Part shown: in pieces, positions 23,410 through 37,328 of the stretch
How positions within the stretch are numbered: position 1 is the first letter of the stretch
Layout of the letters: every line of letters begins with the position of its first letter
NCBI GenBank assembly: GCA_038087875.1
Contig: CM075996.1
Coordinates: 6,450,001-6,514,000, forward strand
Direction: 5' to 3'
DNA length: 64,000 nucleotides
From: Malacoraja senta
Lineage: Eukaryota
Translations under genes and position numbers: made by a program
The notes under the pieces: model-generated
What the model saw: only the letters and a program-made list of their open reading frames with translations
The model's database searches: none
Told to the model about the DNA's origin: nothing

Positions 23410-24611
23410 GATGTGGACACAACCTGCAACAGATCAGAGGACACAATGAGACAGTTGAGGCTGGGACTATCCCAACGTTTTAAGAAACAGTTAGAGGGAC
23501 TAGTGTAGCTGGGACATATTGGCCAGTGTGGGCAAGTTGAGCCAAAGGGCCTGTTTCCACACTATGTGATGTTTGGTCACAGAAAGTTTGGGTTTTAAAA
23601 TACAAGTCTGAGAATCAAGAATGTTTTATTGTCATATGTCCCAGAGAGAATAATGAGATTCTTACTTGTTTTTACACGCACACATACATACACAGAAAAA
23701 ACAAACAATAATACTCCACCACTGATTTTCTGGCAACTGGTGATCCAGCACCTCCTTTAATCCAGGTAAAATGACCAGAGCGCACTTGAAACCTACTCCC
23801 GGAAGTCCCCCCGAAAATGAAGCGTCCTGGCTGGGTGAGGCGGCCGATATCGACCTCATTGGGACTGTCACGGCCGATTAAACTTGCCCTCCTGCGGCCG
23901 GGTTTTTTCTCATATAGAGATACATTGTGGAAACACGGCCCTTCGGCCCACCGCTCCGACTGGCGATCCCAGTTATCCTATCCCTTCACACACTGGGGAC
24001 AATTTACAATTATACCAAGCCAATTAACCTACAAACATGTATGTCTTTGGAGTTTGGGAGGAAACCGGAGCACCCGGAGGAAACCCACGCGGGTCACGGG
24101 GAGAACGTACAAACTCTGTACAGACTGCACCCGTGGTCAGGATCGAACCCGAGTCTCTGGGGCTATGAGGCAGCAACGCTACCGCTGTGCCACCGTGCCG
24201 CCACTTACTCCAGCCCAGTCACAGCTGGCAGACCCGTTCCCATATATGGCTTCCAAGGCCGACTTTGCAGACCCCCGGCGGCCTAGGCGGAATGTTCCAA
24301 GACCGTTAGACTCCTCTCGGAGGCCGTGACCTCTGTTGGTCTGGCAAAACGGATCATCCGGTAAGGCTCTTGAGCCAAGGGTGCCGGGAAATTGGTGGTG
24401 GACCTGTAATTGTTTAGATCAGAGCCCATTCATACCGCACAACTAGGCAGCACAGAGGTGCTGCTGGAAGTGCCGCTGCCTCATAGTGCCAGAGTCCCTG
24501 GGTTCCATCCCGACCATGGGTGATCTCTGTGTGGAGTTTGCATGTTCTCCCTAGGACCACGTAGTCAGGATCAAACCTGGAGAACCAGGTGCACCACTGT
24601 TGAAATATTCT

Positions 24612-25868
24612 TTTTATTTTTTAATTTTTTTAATTTTTATTTATTAGAAGTACATTACATTACAACCAATTACATTAGTACTCGTCACATATATCTTAAT
24701 GTATTCCGTTTATTTTTTTACACTAATAAAGGGAAAGGATGAGATTGAGAGAAAGAAGGAAGTGAAGGAAAAAAGTGAAAGTGTAAAAAACGTGACAACA
24801 AAAAAGAACAAAGACCCTATAAGAAAGAAATCTAAAAAAAGAGTTAAGAAATAGATCCTAAAAAAGAAGAAAAAAGAGAAAGAGGGAAAAGAGAAAAAAC
24901 AAATACTTTTTTATAAGCATCACGCAAATGGGACATACCAACTCTCCAGCTTTCATCCCCCCTTACCTGACCTCCGGTTGTTTTTTTTTAAGTACTTTTG
25001 CACCCTATACTTGTAATAATTCTATAAATGCAGACCACGTCAGGTGGAAGTGATCTGGTTTACCTGCCAGGAGGAGTCTTATCTCTTCTAGGTGTAATGT
25101 TTCAAACATATTTGAAATCCACATGTTTATAGTTGGTATTGGAGCGTTTTTCCAGAATTTTAGGATTAACTTTTTTCCAGTTATTAACCCATAGTCTATT
25201 AATTTCTTTTGGAACACATTTAATTCTGGACTATCTTCCGTTGTTCCAAAGATAATCCATTCTGCTTTGGGTATCAGTTTTATTTTAAATAATTTTGTAA
25301 AGATTTCAAAAATTTCAATCAAAAGTATGTCTTACATTAATCGAACATTTATGCACATTTAAAAAATGTTCATTCCACCTTTCCTTTGAGATTTTAATAG
25401 CTAATTCTTGCTCCCAGTCTCTTCTAATACCTTCCGTAGATGGTATTTCTACATAAGATAATATTATACAAATATGATATTAAGTTTGCTGATTCAGCTT
25501 TTATCTGCATTGCTTCATCCAATACATCTGCTGGGCTATTATAATGATCTTTTGTATATTTTTTCAAATAGTCAAATATTTGAAAATATTTAAAATATTG
25601 ATTATTTCCGAGCTTATATTTTATTTGTAATTGTTGGAATGATAATAATGTTCCAGTTTCATACAGGTCACCAAACGTTTTAATTCCTAGTCTATCCCAT
25701 TGTGTGAAAGATTTGTCTGTAATAGAGGGATTAAACGAAGGATTATTAACTATGGGAGATAAAAGTGATAAATTTCTTAATTTTAGATTTTGTTTTATTT
25801 GTTTCCTAGTTCTGATTGTACTATGTATAATTGGGTTTTTATTATAATTTATGTTATTCAGTTTCATT
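24612..25868 (-). mobile_element. 5'-truncated L1 LINE in intron 1 of copy 3
   Basis: 15-bp TSD CTGTTGAAATATTCT (24597-24611 / 25869-25883), TTCT/AAAA endonuclease site, A-rich tail, L1 ORF2 C-terminal peptides (..GKKLILKFWK..PTINMW..). Confidence 0.9.
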
Positions 25869-26593
25869 CTGTTGAAATATTCTAAAAGATTTTTCTTTTG
25901 TATTCAGAGTAATTTCTTCAGAGGTTATAATGTACAAAGGGCAGCACGGTGGCACAGCGCTGTTCTGCCTCACAGCGGCAGAGACCCAGGTTCAATCCTG
26001 ACAATGGGTGTTATCTGTGTGGAGTTTGCTCGTGCTCCCTGTGACTGCGTGGGTTTCCTCCGGGTACTCCGGTTTCCTTCCGCATCCCAAAGACGTGCGG
26101 GCTTGTGGGTTAATCGGTCCTCTGTAAAATTGCCCCCAGTGTGTAGGGAGTGGATGAGAAATTGGGATAACATAGAACTATTGTTCAGTTCAATTTAGTT
26201 TAGTGTTCATATACAGTGTGTGCTAACCAGTTAGCGGAAAGACGATACACGATTACAATCATGATAAGGGAATAACGTTTAGTGCAAGGTAAAGCCAGTA
26301 AAGTCTGATCAAAGATAGTTCGAGGGTCACTAAAGTGGTAGATAATAATAATAATAATAGATTTTATTTATATAGCGCTTTTCAGGACTCAAAGTCGTTC
26401 AGGACTGCTCTCGAGAGTTGTGGTAAGATGATTCAGTTGCCTGATAACTGCTGGGAAGGTGTGCGTGAATGAGTGATCGATTGTCAGCATGGACTCGGTG
26501 GGCCGAAGGGGCTATTTCCATGCCCAAACTAAACTGCATGAGCTGTGATTCATCCCAGCTAGAAACTTAAAGAGTGAGAGAGATTCCAGAATC

Positions 26594-26605
26594 GAAAGTG
26601 AAAGT
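26594..26605 (+). promoter_or_regulatory. IRF-E/ISRE motif, copy 3 intron 1
   Basis: GAAAGTGAAAGT in the same context. Confidence 0.55.
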
Positions 26606-27157
26606 AATCACACGGCGACATAGTTGTTGAACAGCCCCTTTAAATGGACAATGGTTTAAAACGCTTCCACCAGCGAACAGCCGAGGACCAGGTGGGAATG
26701 AGTCATTGCCCGGGAGAGGTGACACTTGTTTCCCAAAGTAAATCACGCAAAGACCCCGTTTCATCTATGAACCTTGTGTGTTAACATACTCCTATTCATG
26801 CTCTCTCCTCTCTTCTTCTCCCCCCCCCTCCTCTCTCTTCTCCCCTCCCCTCCCCTACCATCTCCTGCTCTCCCCTATCTTCTCCTCCCTTCCCACCTCC
26901 ACCCCTCCCTTCCCTTTCCCTCCTCTCCCCTCCCGTCCCAACCAGAGACAGGGCAACATCTCAGCGCCGTGTGATGGGCACTGTCCCACCAAGGGTCTGG
27001 GACGTTCTGGTGAGAAGGTCCCGACTTCCTAGCCCACCGCAGTGAGGTGGATGTCCGGGCGCCAGGGGATTAAAAAACACGCTCCTACATCCTATCTCAA
27101 TCTCACTCCCTCCCTCTGAGCCCCCTTCCCAGCCGCCCTCTGCAGCATCTCACTCAC

Positions 27158-27300
27158 CTGAGCTGGGGTGGTGGTGAGCAAAGACGATCTTTGGTGGTGA
27201 GTGTGGAGGTCCACGTCTCTGCTGCGAGGCGAGAAAATGAACTGCGAACTGAGAGACAGAGGCGGTGCAGCCGGTCTCTCCGCCCCGCTGCCCTCTATGT
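27158..27300 (-). promoter_or_regulatory. Predicted promoter and non-coding exon 1 of TRIM copy 3 (TATA-like box degenerate)
   Basis: Donor CAG|GTGAGT (27152-27160). The TATA-like box reads CATAGAGGG. Confidence 0.55.
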
Positions 27301-28331
27301 CTCACTTAGTGTGTGTGTGTGTGTGTGTACTCAGTGAGAATCCTGCATGTTTACGCTGGAGAGCAAGGATCTGCAGGTGGTTGACGCCGTAGATAGACAC
27401 AACGTGCTGGAGGAACTCAGCGGGTCAGGCAGCATCTCTGGAGAGAAGGAATGGGTGACGTTTCGGGGTCGAGACCCTTCAACTACCTCCTCCGGCAGCT
27501 CGTTCCATACACCCACCCCCCCTTTGTGTGAAAAAGTTATCCCTCAGATTCCTATTAAATAATTCCCCCTTCACCTTAAACCTATGCCTCCTGGTCCTCA
27601 ATTCCCCCATACTCTGGGCAAGAGACCATCTGCGTCTACCAGATCTATTCCTCTCATGATTTTGTACACCACTTATAAGATCACCCCTCATCCTCCTGTG
27701 CTCCAGGGAATAAAGTCCTAGCGTGTCCAACCTCTCCCTGTAGCTCAGGCATCTCGGTTCCTGACAACGTCCTCGTAAATCTTCTCAGCACCCTTTCCAG
27801 CTTAACGATTTCGCAGAGATGCTGCCTGACCCAGAGATCAGCCATCCATGTCCTCCAGAAATGTTGGCTGAAGAGTAAAGATTCTGCCCAATGTTACTTG
27901 AAGATGTAACAGCCTGAGGCAGATGGTCACAGCCAGTGTAGATATGTCACCACTCTATACAAACTCACAGGAAACACACTGCTGTTAAAGAACTTCATAA
28001 AAAAGTTGATTTAATTTTCTAATTACAGCAACGATACAGCACATTGAGGCAAACGAGAGATTGGATAGAATTGAATCATTAGTTGTATTTATAGCTTGTG
28101 CGAAAACGACAATTTGATAAGTTCTTGTATTCACTATAAACATAAATCAGAAATATGACTAGATTAATTGGCGACTGCCATGTTTGAGAGCTAATCACAT
28201 ATCAAAGAGACACAAAAAGCTGGAGTAACAGTGGGTCAGACAGCATCTCTGGAGAAAATGAATTGGTGACTTTTCGGGTCGAGACTCTTAATCAAAGTGC
28301 AATGTGGACTTTAACCAAGACTTGATCAGTA

Positions 28332-28926
28332 AAGGCCGTGTCTTACCTGTTTGCGGTCATCGGCGGTGAAGCGCGGTGCAGACGGTAGTTAGGACCGCGC
28401 GGCAACGGCGAGAGCGTCGAGGCTATCCAACGGAGCGCCGCACGGATGTTGCGCGGGGGCCGAGTTAATTCAAACACGGCGGGTCCCACGTGCTTGCGGT
28501 AAGTAAAAAAAGGGCGGGCCGACTGCGATGACGTTGGCCCCCCGCACGTGACTCACCAGCGGCGGCTGCCATCCTGATCGCGGCGCTGTAGCGATGGCTG
28601 TGCCTGCGGCCGCGCAGCACACGTGTCTCACTGGCGGCGGCACGTGCGTCACTGGCGGAGGCTGTGGCAGAGGAGGTTTGACGCACGGCGCTCGAGCCAT
28701 ACTGGCGGCGGCCCGTGCGAGCGGCCGTGCGCACACGTGCATCACTGGTGGAGGTTGTGCGGTGAGTATTTGGTTTTCGACATTGTCGATTTTATTTTTG
28801 CACCACGCGGTGTTGGGAACTCCGCCACACGGCCCGGGAATTGTTCTTTCTCACGAGTGCGCGGTCTATGGCGGCAGATTCTTCCCGTTTCGCCGCCAAT
28901 GACCGCAGATTCGTGAGACAGACCTT
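28332..28926. mobile_element. GC-rich MITE with ~40-bp imperfect TIRs (PIF/Harbinger-like)
   Basis: AAGGCCGTGTCTTACCTGTTTGCGGTCATCGGCGG versus the reverse complement AAGGTCTGTCTCACGAATCTGCGGTCATTGGCGG. TA/TWA target. Absent from the paralogous sites. Confidence 0.7.
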
Positions 28927-28928
28927 TA

Positions 28929-29011
28929 AGGGTTTCGGCCCGAAACGTTGCCTATTTCCTTCGCTCCATAGATGCTGCTGCACTCAGAGTTTCTCCAGCA
29001 TTTTTGTCTAC
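28929..29011 (+). mobile_element. Penelope-like 3' fragment
   Basis: AGGGTTTCGGCCCGAAACGTTGCCTATTTCC... with a near-duplicated target CTTG(A/G)TCAGTAA at 28321-28332 / 29012-29023. Confidence 0.65.
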
Positions 29012-32000
29012 CTTGGTCAGTAATATTGCGTTCAGTTTCGAGATAGTGTTCAAACAGGCCCTTCAGCCCATCAAGTCCACGCTAACCACCAATTACTCGT
29101 CCACTCGAGTTCAATGTTATCCCAGTTTCGCATCCTACAATTCACAAAAGCCAATTAACCGACAAACCTGCAGTCTTTAGAATGTGGGAGGAAACCAGAG
29201 CACCCGGAGAAAACCCACGCGGTCACAGGGAGAACGTGCAAACTCCGCACAGGCAGCACCCGTCATCGGGATCAAAGCCGGGTCTCTGGCGCTGTGAGGC
29301 ATCTGCTCTACATCTCTTTGCAAAGCTTATTAAATGTTAACTATTTAATAATAATAATAATCAAAAGCTTTCCCTATATCCTCAATGATCCTTACTGAAG
29401 TAAACTTGTATTGTATCAGTGCATTTGTTTACATCTTTTAACCATCTCATCATTATCGTTGGTAGTGTTGGTCCTCAGGAATCCTAAATAGATGAGTAAT
29501 GCCTATGAGTGATCTCTCCAGCAATCCCATGGTGAACTCCAAACTACCTGCGGTGAACCCTCAGCTCTTTGGTACAATGGTGGTAGGGTGAAGAGTAAGG
29601 AGATAGTCACCGCCATCAAAAACACAGGAGCAATGCAGTTTTAAACTGATTCTGAACTAATGACTAAATTACAAAAACTGGAACGCTGGAATGTTTAGAG
29701 TTTAGAGATACAGCATGGAAACAGGTCCGTCATCCCACCGAGACCGTGTCGACCATTGATTGACCCGTTCATACTAGATCTATGTCCCACACTCTAGGGG
29801 CAATATGCAGCAGCCAATTAGCCTACAAACCCGTATGTCTTTGGGATGTGGGAGGAAACCGGAGCACCCGGAGAAAACCCACATGGTCACAGGGAGAAGG
29901 TACAAACTCTGCATAGGCGGCACCCGCACTTGGGATCGAACCCGGTTCTCTGGCGCTGTGAGGTAGCAGATCTACAGCTGCGCCATTGTGCCGCCCTTGC
30001 AAACAGATGCTGGAATATGAACCAATTATAGCATCTAAATGTGGACACCAAAGAAACACCATCAGATGTACCACGGTAAAAGATAAGCTTGCTCACCTCT
30101 AACCAAACCCAGAACCCAAAGAACATCTGCATGTGGTTGGACCTCACAATTTTAGACTTTAGAGGTACAGTGCGGAAACAGACCCTTCGGCCCACCAAGT
30201 CTGTGCTGACCAGCGATCACCCCATACACTAGGAGTATCCTACACACTAGGGACAATTATTTTCTCCCTGTACGTCTTTAGAGTTTTGGAGGAAACCAGA
30301 GCACCTGGAGAAAACCCCCGTGGTCACGGGGAGAACTTGCAAATTCCGTAGACAGCGCCCGTAGACAGGAGCAAACCTGGGTCTCTGACGCTGTAGGGAA
30401 GCAAGTCTATCACTGCGCTGGTTATTCTGCCCAGCGAGTCTACTCCGCCATTCAATCAAGGCTGATCCATCTTTTCCTCTCATCCCTTCTCCTGTTTCTC
30501 GACACCCGTCCTAATCGAGAATCTGTCGATCTTAAAATCTTCCTTAAAAATATCCTGTGCACAGGTAGACTGCTCTGAGCTCGACTCAAAATACCGCCTG
30601 GATGTCAAGGACCGTTCCCTAACATAGCACAGTCACTGACATACTCAGCGCCACATGCGTGAAACGTCAGTAGGGTGGTCCACGCTCAGGTAATGCTGAG
30701 GCTCTAGAAGGCGCGGGACGGACCGCATTTGGAGTATTGTGAGCAGTTCTGGGCCCCACATCCAAGGAGGGATGTGGAGGCGTTGGAGAGGGTCCAGTGG
30801 AGGATTAGGAGAATGATCCCAGGAATGAGTGGGTTCACGTATGATGACCCTCTGATGGCACTGGGCCTGTACTCGCTGGAGTTTAAAAGGATGTGTTGGG
30901 GGGGGGGGGGGGGGAGAACCTCATTAAAATTTACCAAATAGTGAAAGGCCGGAATTGAGTGTATGTGGAGAGGATATTTCCACTAGTTGGGGAGTCAAAG
31001 ATCATAGGCCACAGGCTCCGAATAAAAGGAAGGAGATGAGGATGAATTTCTTTATTCAGAAGGTGGTGAATCTGTGGAATTTTACTTCGGAGTCAGGGAC
31101 GTCAGTCCGCATGCACGTCATTACGTCTGAAGCATGCGCCACCGACTGACTGGAAGGCGTGCAGCGTCCTTCCAGCGGTAAGTTTTAAAAACTGCAGGTA
31201 AGTGTTTCTAAAAACTACTCTGCAGTCGTTATGGCGGGTTCGTTAAACCTTGTTTTTTCAACAAGTTGGACCCAGCAATGTCTAAAGTGAGGAGACGGTC
31301 TGCGGGGAAGCCGGCTACCGAAGACCGCGGGAATACGGGTAGCGGGCGACTGTCTACATCAACGACCTTGTCGCTGGCGGTGGAGCCAGTGACAGCAGAC
31401 CCGGTGCCCGAGGAAAGCACCGTGGCGGTCCCGCAGGGACGCAAGGCCACACGAAAATCCGCAAGGCCCGTTGACTCAGATGAGTCGGGCCAGGAGGGAT
31501 CCCCTCCTTCATTGGGAAGCGTCCACGGATGACTTACCCACATGGAGCACCTTATGGAGAGGTGGCTCCAGAGTGATCTGCTCCGTAGGAGGGAGCAGTA
31601 TTAACACGGGTCTCCGCAGCAACCCGCGCCAGCGGCTTCATACATGGGGCTGCAAAATGTCTCCCTCACTGGAGGAGGGAGTACACCGGGTCAGTTTTTG
31701 ATTGACTCCGAGTTTGGGGGCACAGAAGGTGAGCATTCCCAGGGGCACGGGGCTGAAGTGCCACTTTTGGCATCCAGATTTGCCATTACCTCTCCGTTTG
31801 GAGCACCCCTGGATGAAGACCTGGCCAACAATATTAATTATTTGGCCCCTCACCAACTAAAAGAATTAACTATGGAAGAAACCACCAACAGGTACCCCTC
31901 TCCAGCTAACTGTGCCTCCCTCAATGTGCCGGCCGTAAACCACTCCATCTGGGGTCATATTGGAGCGGGTGTTAGAGCCCAGGAGATAAAACTCCAGAAA

Positions 32001-33364
32001 GTCCTGAAGTTACTGGCCTCTGGCATAACGGCCTTTGCAAGGTCAGTAGATGGGGAACTACTGACCGATACTCAACAGGACGCTGTGGCATTACTCTGTA
32101 ATGCTCACTTTTAAATAAATTGCCTGCGCAAAAACGCAATCCGGCCAGCGCTAAACCCCAAGTTTGCTGTGCTGTGCAAGGCCAGCAACGTCCAGCCGGC
32201 CAATTTTCTGTTTGGGGAAGATCTGCCAAAGCAGGTCCGGGAGCTGGACGATGAGGCGAAGGCCATCCGCCTCATGAGTAGAGCCGAAGCCACACCCAGG
32301 GGCTCATCATACCGGACTCACCCCTACAGCACCAGGTGACACCAGCCTAGGGCCACCGGAACTTGTGGAAGACCCGAACTGGAGGTATCGAGGTCTTTTT
32401 TAGGGGTGGGCCCCAGCCGACCCACGGCAAGGATGTGTAGGGGGCACCCACCACCAGCTCTACTTCCCAAGCCTCACGAACGAAAATCAGCACCACACCG
32501 CCGGTAACGACTGAGGTAGGTCTACCTAGTTCCTTGTGGAACACCTTACATATGCCCCACGCATGTTGGGGGAAGGTTGCAACATTTCTTGAATGAATGG
32601 TGTTGGGTCACAGCGGATCCGTTTATACTGCACAGTATACGAGGGTTCAAAATTGAGTTCATTATTGACTCATTACCACCCACACAACATTCACCTAACC
32701 GCACATATGTGTTTTCACACCAGGAGAGTTTGGATATACAAGCTGAAATCCAAATTCTATCCAATAAAGAGGTCATTGAGAGGTCGCATCCGGAACCTCA
32801 CCAATTTGTATCCAATATTTTCACCAAGCAGAAAAAGGATTGAGGAGTTCGTATTATCCTAGACTTGACTGAACTCAACTCTTTTGTGCAGTATAAACAT
32901 TTCAAGATGGATAATTTCTGAAGGTGGCTTTCTGAAGGATGCATCGACCTTAAAGATGCTTATTCACAGTACCTATTCACAGGGAGCACAGGAGGTATTT
33001 GAAATTTAACTGGATGGGTCAATTATGGCAGTTCAAAGCATTGCCCAATGGGCTGACTTCAGCTCCCAGACTATTTACCAAACTACTGAAACCCATTCTG
33101 GGGCTATTACGAGCTCAGAACCACATGGTCATGGCATATTTGGATGACATCCTCATTTTCGGGGTCACCGAGCTATCGGCAGAATCATCTGTCTCAGACA
33201 CCAAACTCATGTTTGAAAGATTGGGCTTTCTCATCCATCCAGTTAAGTCCAAGTTGACACCTACCAGGGTTATGGATTACCTAGGGTTTACAATTAACTC
33301 AATCCACATGTCAGTTAGAGTTAACCAAAGCTTGTAATGACCTTATTGTGAAACAAAAGTCAAT

Positions 33365-34249
33365 CAAATCTGCTTAACCTTACCCACTGCCTCGAGGATA
33401 TAAAGTGTTGGATGGCCCAGAACTTCCTCCAACTAAACGAGAGTAAGTCTGAGGTCATCCTTCTCGGCCCATCGGACTCAATCAAAATGATAGCAGGCAG
33501 CCTTGGAAGCCTTACCCCACTACTCAAACCTCACGTCAAAAACCTTGGCGTGACATTTGACTCAGCACTGAAATTTGACAAACAAGTCAATGCCGTGGTA
33601 AAAGCTAGCTTCTTATTCCAGTTTGATGACCTCGAAAAGATCATCCACACATTCATCTCCTCCCGCCTAGATTACTGCAACTCCCTTTACACTGGCATCA
33701 GCCAATCTTCCCTGTCCCGCCTGCAACTGGTCCAAAACGCCGCAGCGAGACCCCTGACGGGCACCCGAAAAAGGGACATCACCCCGATCCTGGCCTCTCT
33801 CCACTGGCTCACTATGTGGTTCCGTATAAACTTCAAGATCCTCCTCCATGACTACAAAGCCCTCAATAGGCTTGCCCCCACCTACATAAAAAGTCTTCTC
33901 ACCCACCACTCCACCTCCAGGCCCCTCAGATCGGCCGACTTGGGGTTGCTGAATATCCCACGGTCTACGCATAAGCTCAGGTGCGACCGCGCCTTTGCGG
34001 TTGCAGCCCCTAGACTGTGGAACAGCATCCCCTTTCCCATCAGAACTGCCCCCTCCATCGACTCTTTTAAGTCAAGACTAAAAACTTATCTATACTCCCA
34101 AGCCTTTCCTGACGTCCTCTGAGTGAGGGCTACATGTATATATGTATGTAGTTTGTTTTGTTTATGCTATTATAACAAATGTAAAGCACTTTGGCCAACG
34201 AGAGTTTTTAAATGTGCTATATAAATAAATGTGACTTGACTTGACTTGA
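33365..34249 (+). mobile_element. 5'-truncated L2 LINE inserted in the DIRS RT/RNase H ORF
   Basis: ORF MAQNFLQLNESKSE..SRLDYCNSL..LQLVQNAAAR; (GACTT)n tail; TSD TCAAT (33360-33364 / 34250-34254). Confidence 0.9.
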
Positions 34250-35358
34250 TCAATTAGACAAACAGCAAAATTGGCAAACTAGTGGCGGCTTTTCCAGCAG
34301 TGAGTTACTGACCTTTGCACTATCAAAATTTACAACGGGCAAAGGAACAGGCACTCAGATCCCCCGCTGGCCAATACGGTAGACCAATGCGATTGCCAGC
34401 CGAGGCCATTGCTGAACTACAATGGTGGGTGACGAATATACGTCATAGCTCCAGGGATATTTTGTTGGATACTCCATCGGTCGTCTTACAAACCGATGTA
34501 AGCGGCCTAGGATGGGGAGCAACTGATACCATCTCCAGCTGTGGTGGGAGGTGGAATGAGCACGAGTCCTTAATTCTTCAGCAACGTGGTATTAACTACT
34601 TAGAGTTGTTGGGGGGTCACTATGGGCTGAAGGCTTATTGCAGCACTATGCAACATGTGCATGTTCAGCTCCAGATTGACAAAACTACCGCGGTGGCGTA
34701 TATTAATCACATGGGTGGTGTTAAGTCTGTGTCTTGTGATAGATTGGCAAATCTTATTTGGCACTGGTGTATTACGAGGGACATTTGGGTCTCAGCTGTC
34801 TACCTACCAGGTAGATACAACACGGTAGTGGACACCAGATCACGAATTTTCAACGACAACACAGAATGGATGCTGAATCGTGCAGTATTTAACGATATAA
34901 TCACCCGGTATGGCATCCCAGATATTGATCTGTTCGCATCCAGATTAAATCACCAATTACCCAAATATGTGTCCTGGGAGCCAGACCCAGGGGCAGTGGC
35001 AGTAGATGCGTTTTCGCTACACAGTGGAGGAATTTTTCTATATGCTTTTCCCCCATTTTGCCTCATCGGCTGATGCTTGGCAAAAATCAAGGAAGACAAT
35101 GCCACAGGCATTTTGGTAGTGCCTGACTGGCCTACACAGTATTGGTTTTGGCTGCCCCTAAAAGCAAGGAACTTCTCGTTCACCCAGTAACGGGGAACAA
35201 TCATCCTCTACATGACCGAATCAATTTATTGGTTTGCAGATTCTGAGGAGACCATACCTGGGGCTTGGACTGTCTAAACGAACTGTGGATGTGATGACAG
35301 TGGCCTGGAGGGACAGTACACAAAACAGTACGTCTCTCACATCAAGAAGTGGGAGATG

Positions 35359-35432
35359 CTGCTGCACCCGCTGAGTTTCTCCAGCATTTTTGTGTACCTT
35401 CGATTTTCCAGCATCTGCAGTTCCTTCTTTAA
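35359..35432 (+). mobile_element. Penelope-like 3' fragment inserted in the DIRS recombinase ORF
   Basis: 16-bp TSD CAAGAAGTGGGAGATG (35343-35358 / 35433-35448). Confidence 0.8.
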
Positions 35433-35445
35433 CAAGAAGTGGGAG

Positions 35446-36306
35446 ATGTTCTGTTCTGTCTCAAATATCTTGTATAATACAGCACGCATCACGGATGTCC
35501 TGGAGTTTCTATCTGCCCTGTACTATGACCAAAAACTGAGCTACAGTGCCATCAATAGTGGCAGAAGCGCACTATCCTCCTATTTAATGCTGGGGTCAAG
35601 GCACCAGATGGTAGGGATGCACCCTTTAATAACTAGGTTCATGAAGGGCATTTTTAATTCCATACCACCAAGGCCCCGGTACACGGACATATGGGCTGTG
35701 TGCGTAGTTCTTACACTGCTTCGCCAGTGGGCGCCAGCTCCCTCTCTACCCTTATCAAAGCTCACCCTAAAAGTGGTCATGCTAATGGCGCTGGTAACTG
35801 CGCAGCGAGTCCAGACTTTGCACAAGCTGCGCCTCGACTTCATGACCACCAATGTAAATATAATAACCTTTTTCATAGAGGGCTTGATCAAACAGAGCAG
35901 GCCAGGGGTGCCAGGGCTCAAGATAGAGTTCCTGGCATATCCCGAGGACCCACGGTTGTGTGTCGTATCACATTTACGCCATTACATTAAAGTCACCAAG
36001 GACCTAAGAGGCTCTGAGCAATCGGTCCTAATCAGTTACGAAAAGCCTCACCATAAGGTATCAGCACAAACCATTTCCAGATGGTTAAAGGAGGTACTGG
36101 CGAGTGCAGGAGTGAACATTGACACTTTTAAATCTCACTCTACCAGGACTCCATCTACGTCGGCAGCAAGAGCAATGGGCGTACCCCACGAAAACATCCT
36201 AGCGGCTGCAGGATGGGCCAATGAACGAATGTTCCACCGGTTTTACAACAAACCTATTGCTGGACCAGGGGTGTTTGCACATACCATTTTAAATTCTGTT
36301 TTGTAG
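35446..36306 (+). pseudogene. DIRS tyrosine recombinase, C-terminal part
   Basis: LSYSAINSGRSALS, LMALVTAQR.Q, LCVV, TISRW, FKSHSTR, AAGW..F.RFYN motifs. The N-terminus is disrupted. Confidence 0.85.
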
Positions 36307-37328
36307 TTTCCCCCCAGGATGGAAGGGATTACTATTATTATTTTTTTCTTTTTCATATTAAAGCATCAGTTTTATTACCTAACTAAAGTTATGCCTGAAT
36401 GCTTTACCTTTTCACTCATCCATGGTCAATCCATTCAGTGTGTGACGCCTGGACTCGTATCCGGCGTGAAGTCACAGAGCTTTAAAATCTTCACGTAGTT
36501 ACTCACGTGACTCCGAAGTAAAATAGTAAGATTAAACGAGAACTTACCAGTTTGAAGTTTGATCTTGATTTTATGAGGAGTTACGATGAGCGATTACGTG
36601 CCCACCGCTCCCTCCCTCATATTATCAAGGTCATCTGGTAGTTTCCAGTTCTCAACCTTACTATCCTCAGGTAATTTCTCTTTTCTGTGATTTCACACCG
36701 CTGCTTTGAAGATTGACGCGCATGCGGACTTACGTCCCTTCATCATGTAATCGCTCATCGTAACTCCTCATACAATCAAGATCAGACTTCAAACTGGTAA
36801 GTTCTCGTTTAATCTTACTATTCATTGCCACAGAAGGCAGGGTTGATGGCCGAAATATATGATGCCAAAATATACTAATCTAATCTACCTGTACATGTTC
36901 CATATCCCTCAATTTCCTGCATATCCACATGCCTGCCCATGTCACTTAAAGCACTGAGTCCAATCTGACCACCGATTACCTGTTCAAACTTGTTCATGTT
37001 ATCCCAAATTCTCATCCACTGCCTACACACTAGGGGCAATCAACAGAGGGCCGATTAACCTACAAACCTGCACGTCTTTGGGATGTGGGAGGAAAACCTC
37101 GTGGTCGCAGGGAGAATGTGCAAACTCCATACCCGCTGCGCCACAGGAGGCCGCCAATGGGTATTTTCAAGGCAGAGACAGATAGATTCCTGATTAGAAT
37201 GGGTGTCAGGGGTGATGGGGAGAAGGCATGAGAAGGAGGTTAGATGGGAATGAGAGATCAGCCATGACTGAATGGCGGAATGGACTTGATGGGCCGAGTG
37301 GCTTAGTTGTGCTCCTGTCACCGATGCC

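Larger units (their letters stand above)
31080..36820 (+). mobile_element. Full-length DIRS1-like tyrosine-recombinase retrotransposon (decayed ORFs)
   Basis: gag-like region ~31278-32500; RT with LPNGLTSAPRLFTK and AYLDD; RNase H and methyltransferase-like region (INYLEL, DLFASRLN, YAFPPF); YR with HSTR/AAGW. Inverted terminal repeats and an internal complementary region at 36508-36600. Empty site GTGGAATTCATT in the paralogs. Confidence 0.93.

Noticed and set aside
35356..36306. Host or phage integrase gene / intact 316-aa recombinase
   Set aside because: Part of the DIRS element. Its ATG region is created by a TSD-flanked Penelope insertion, and upstream frames are broken.
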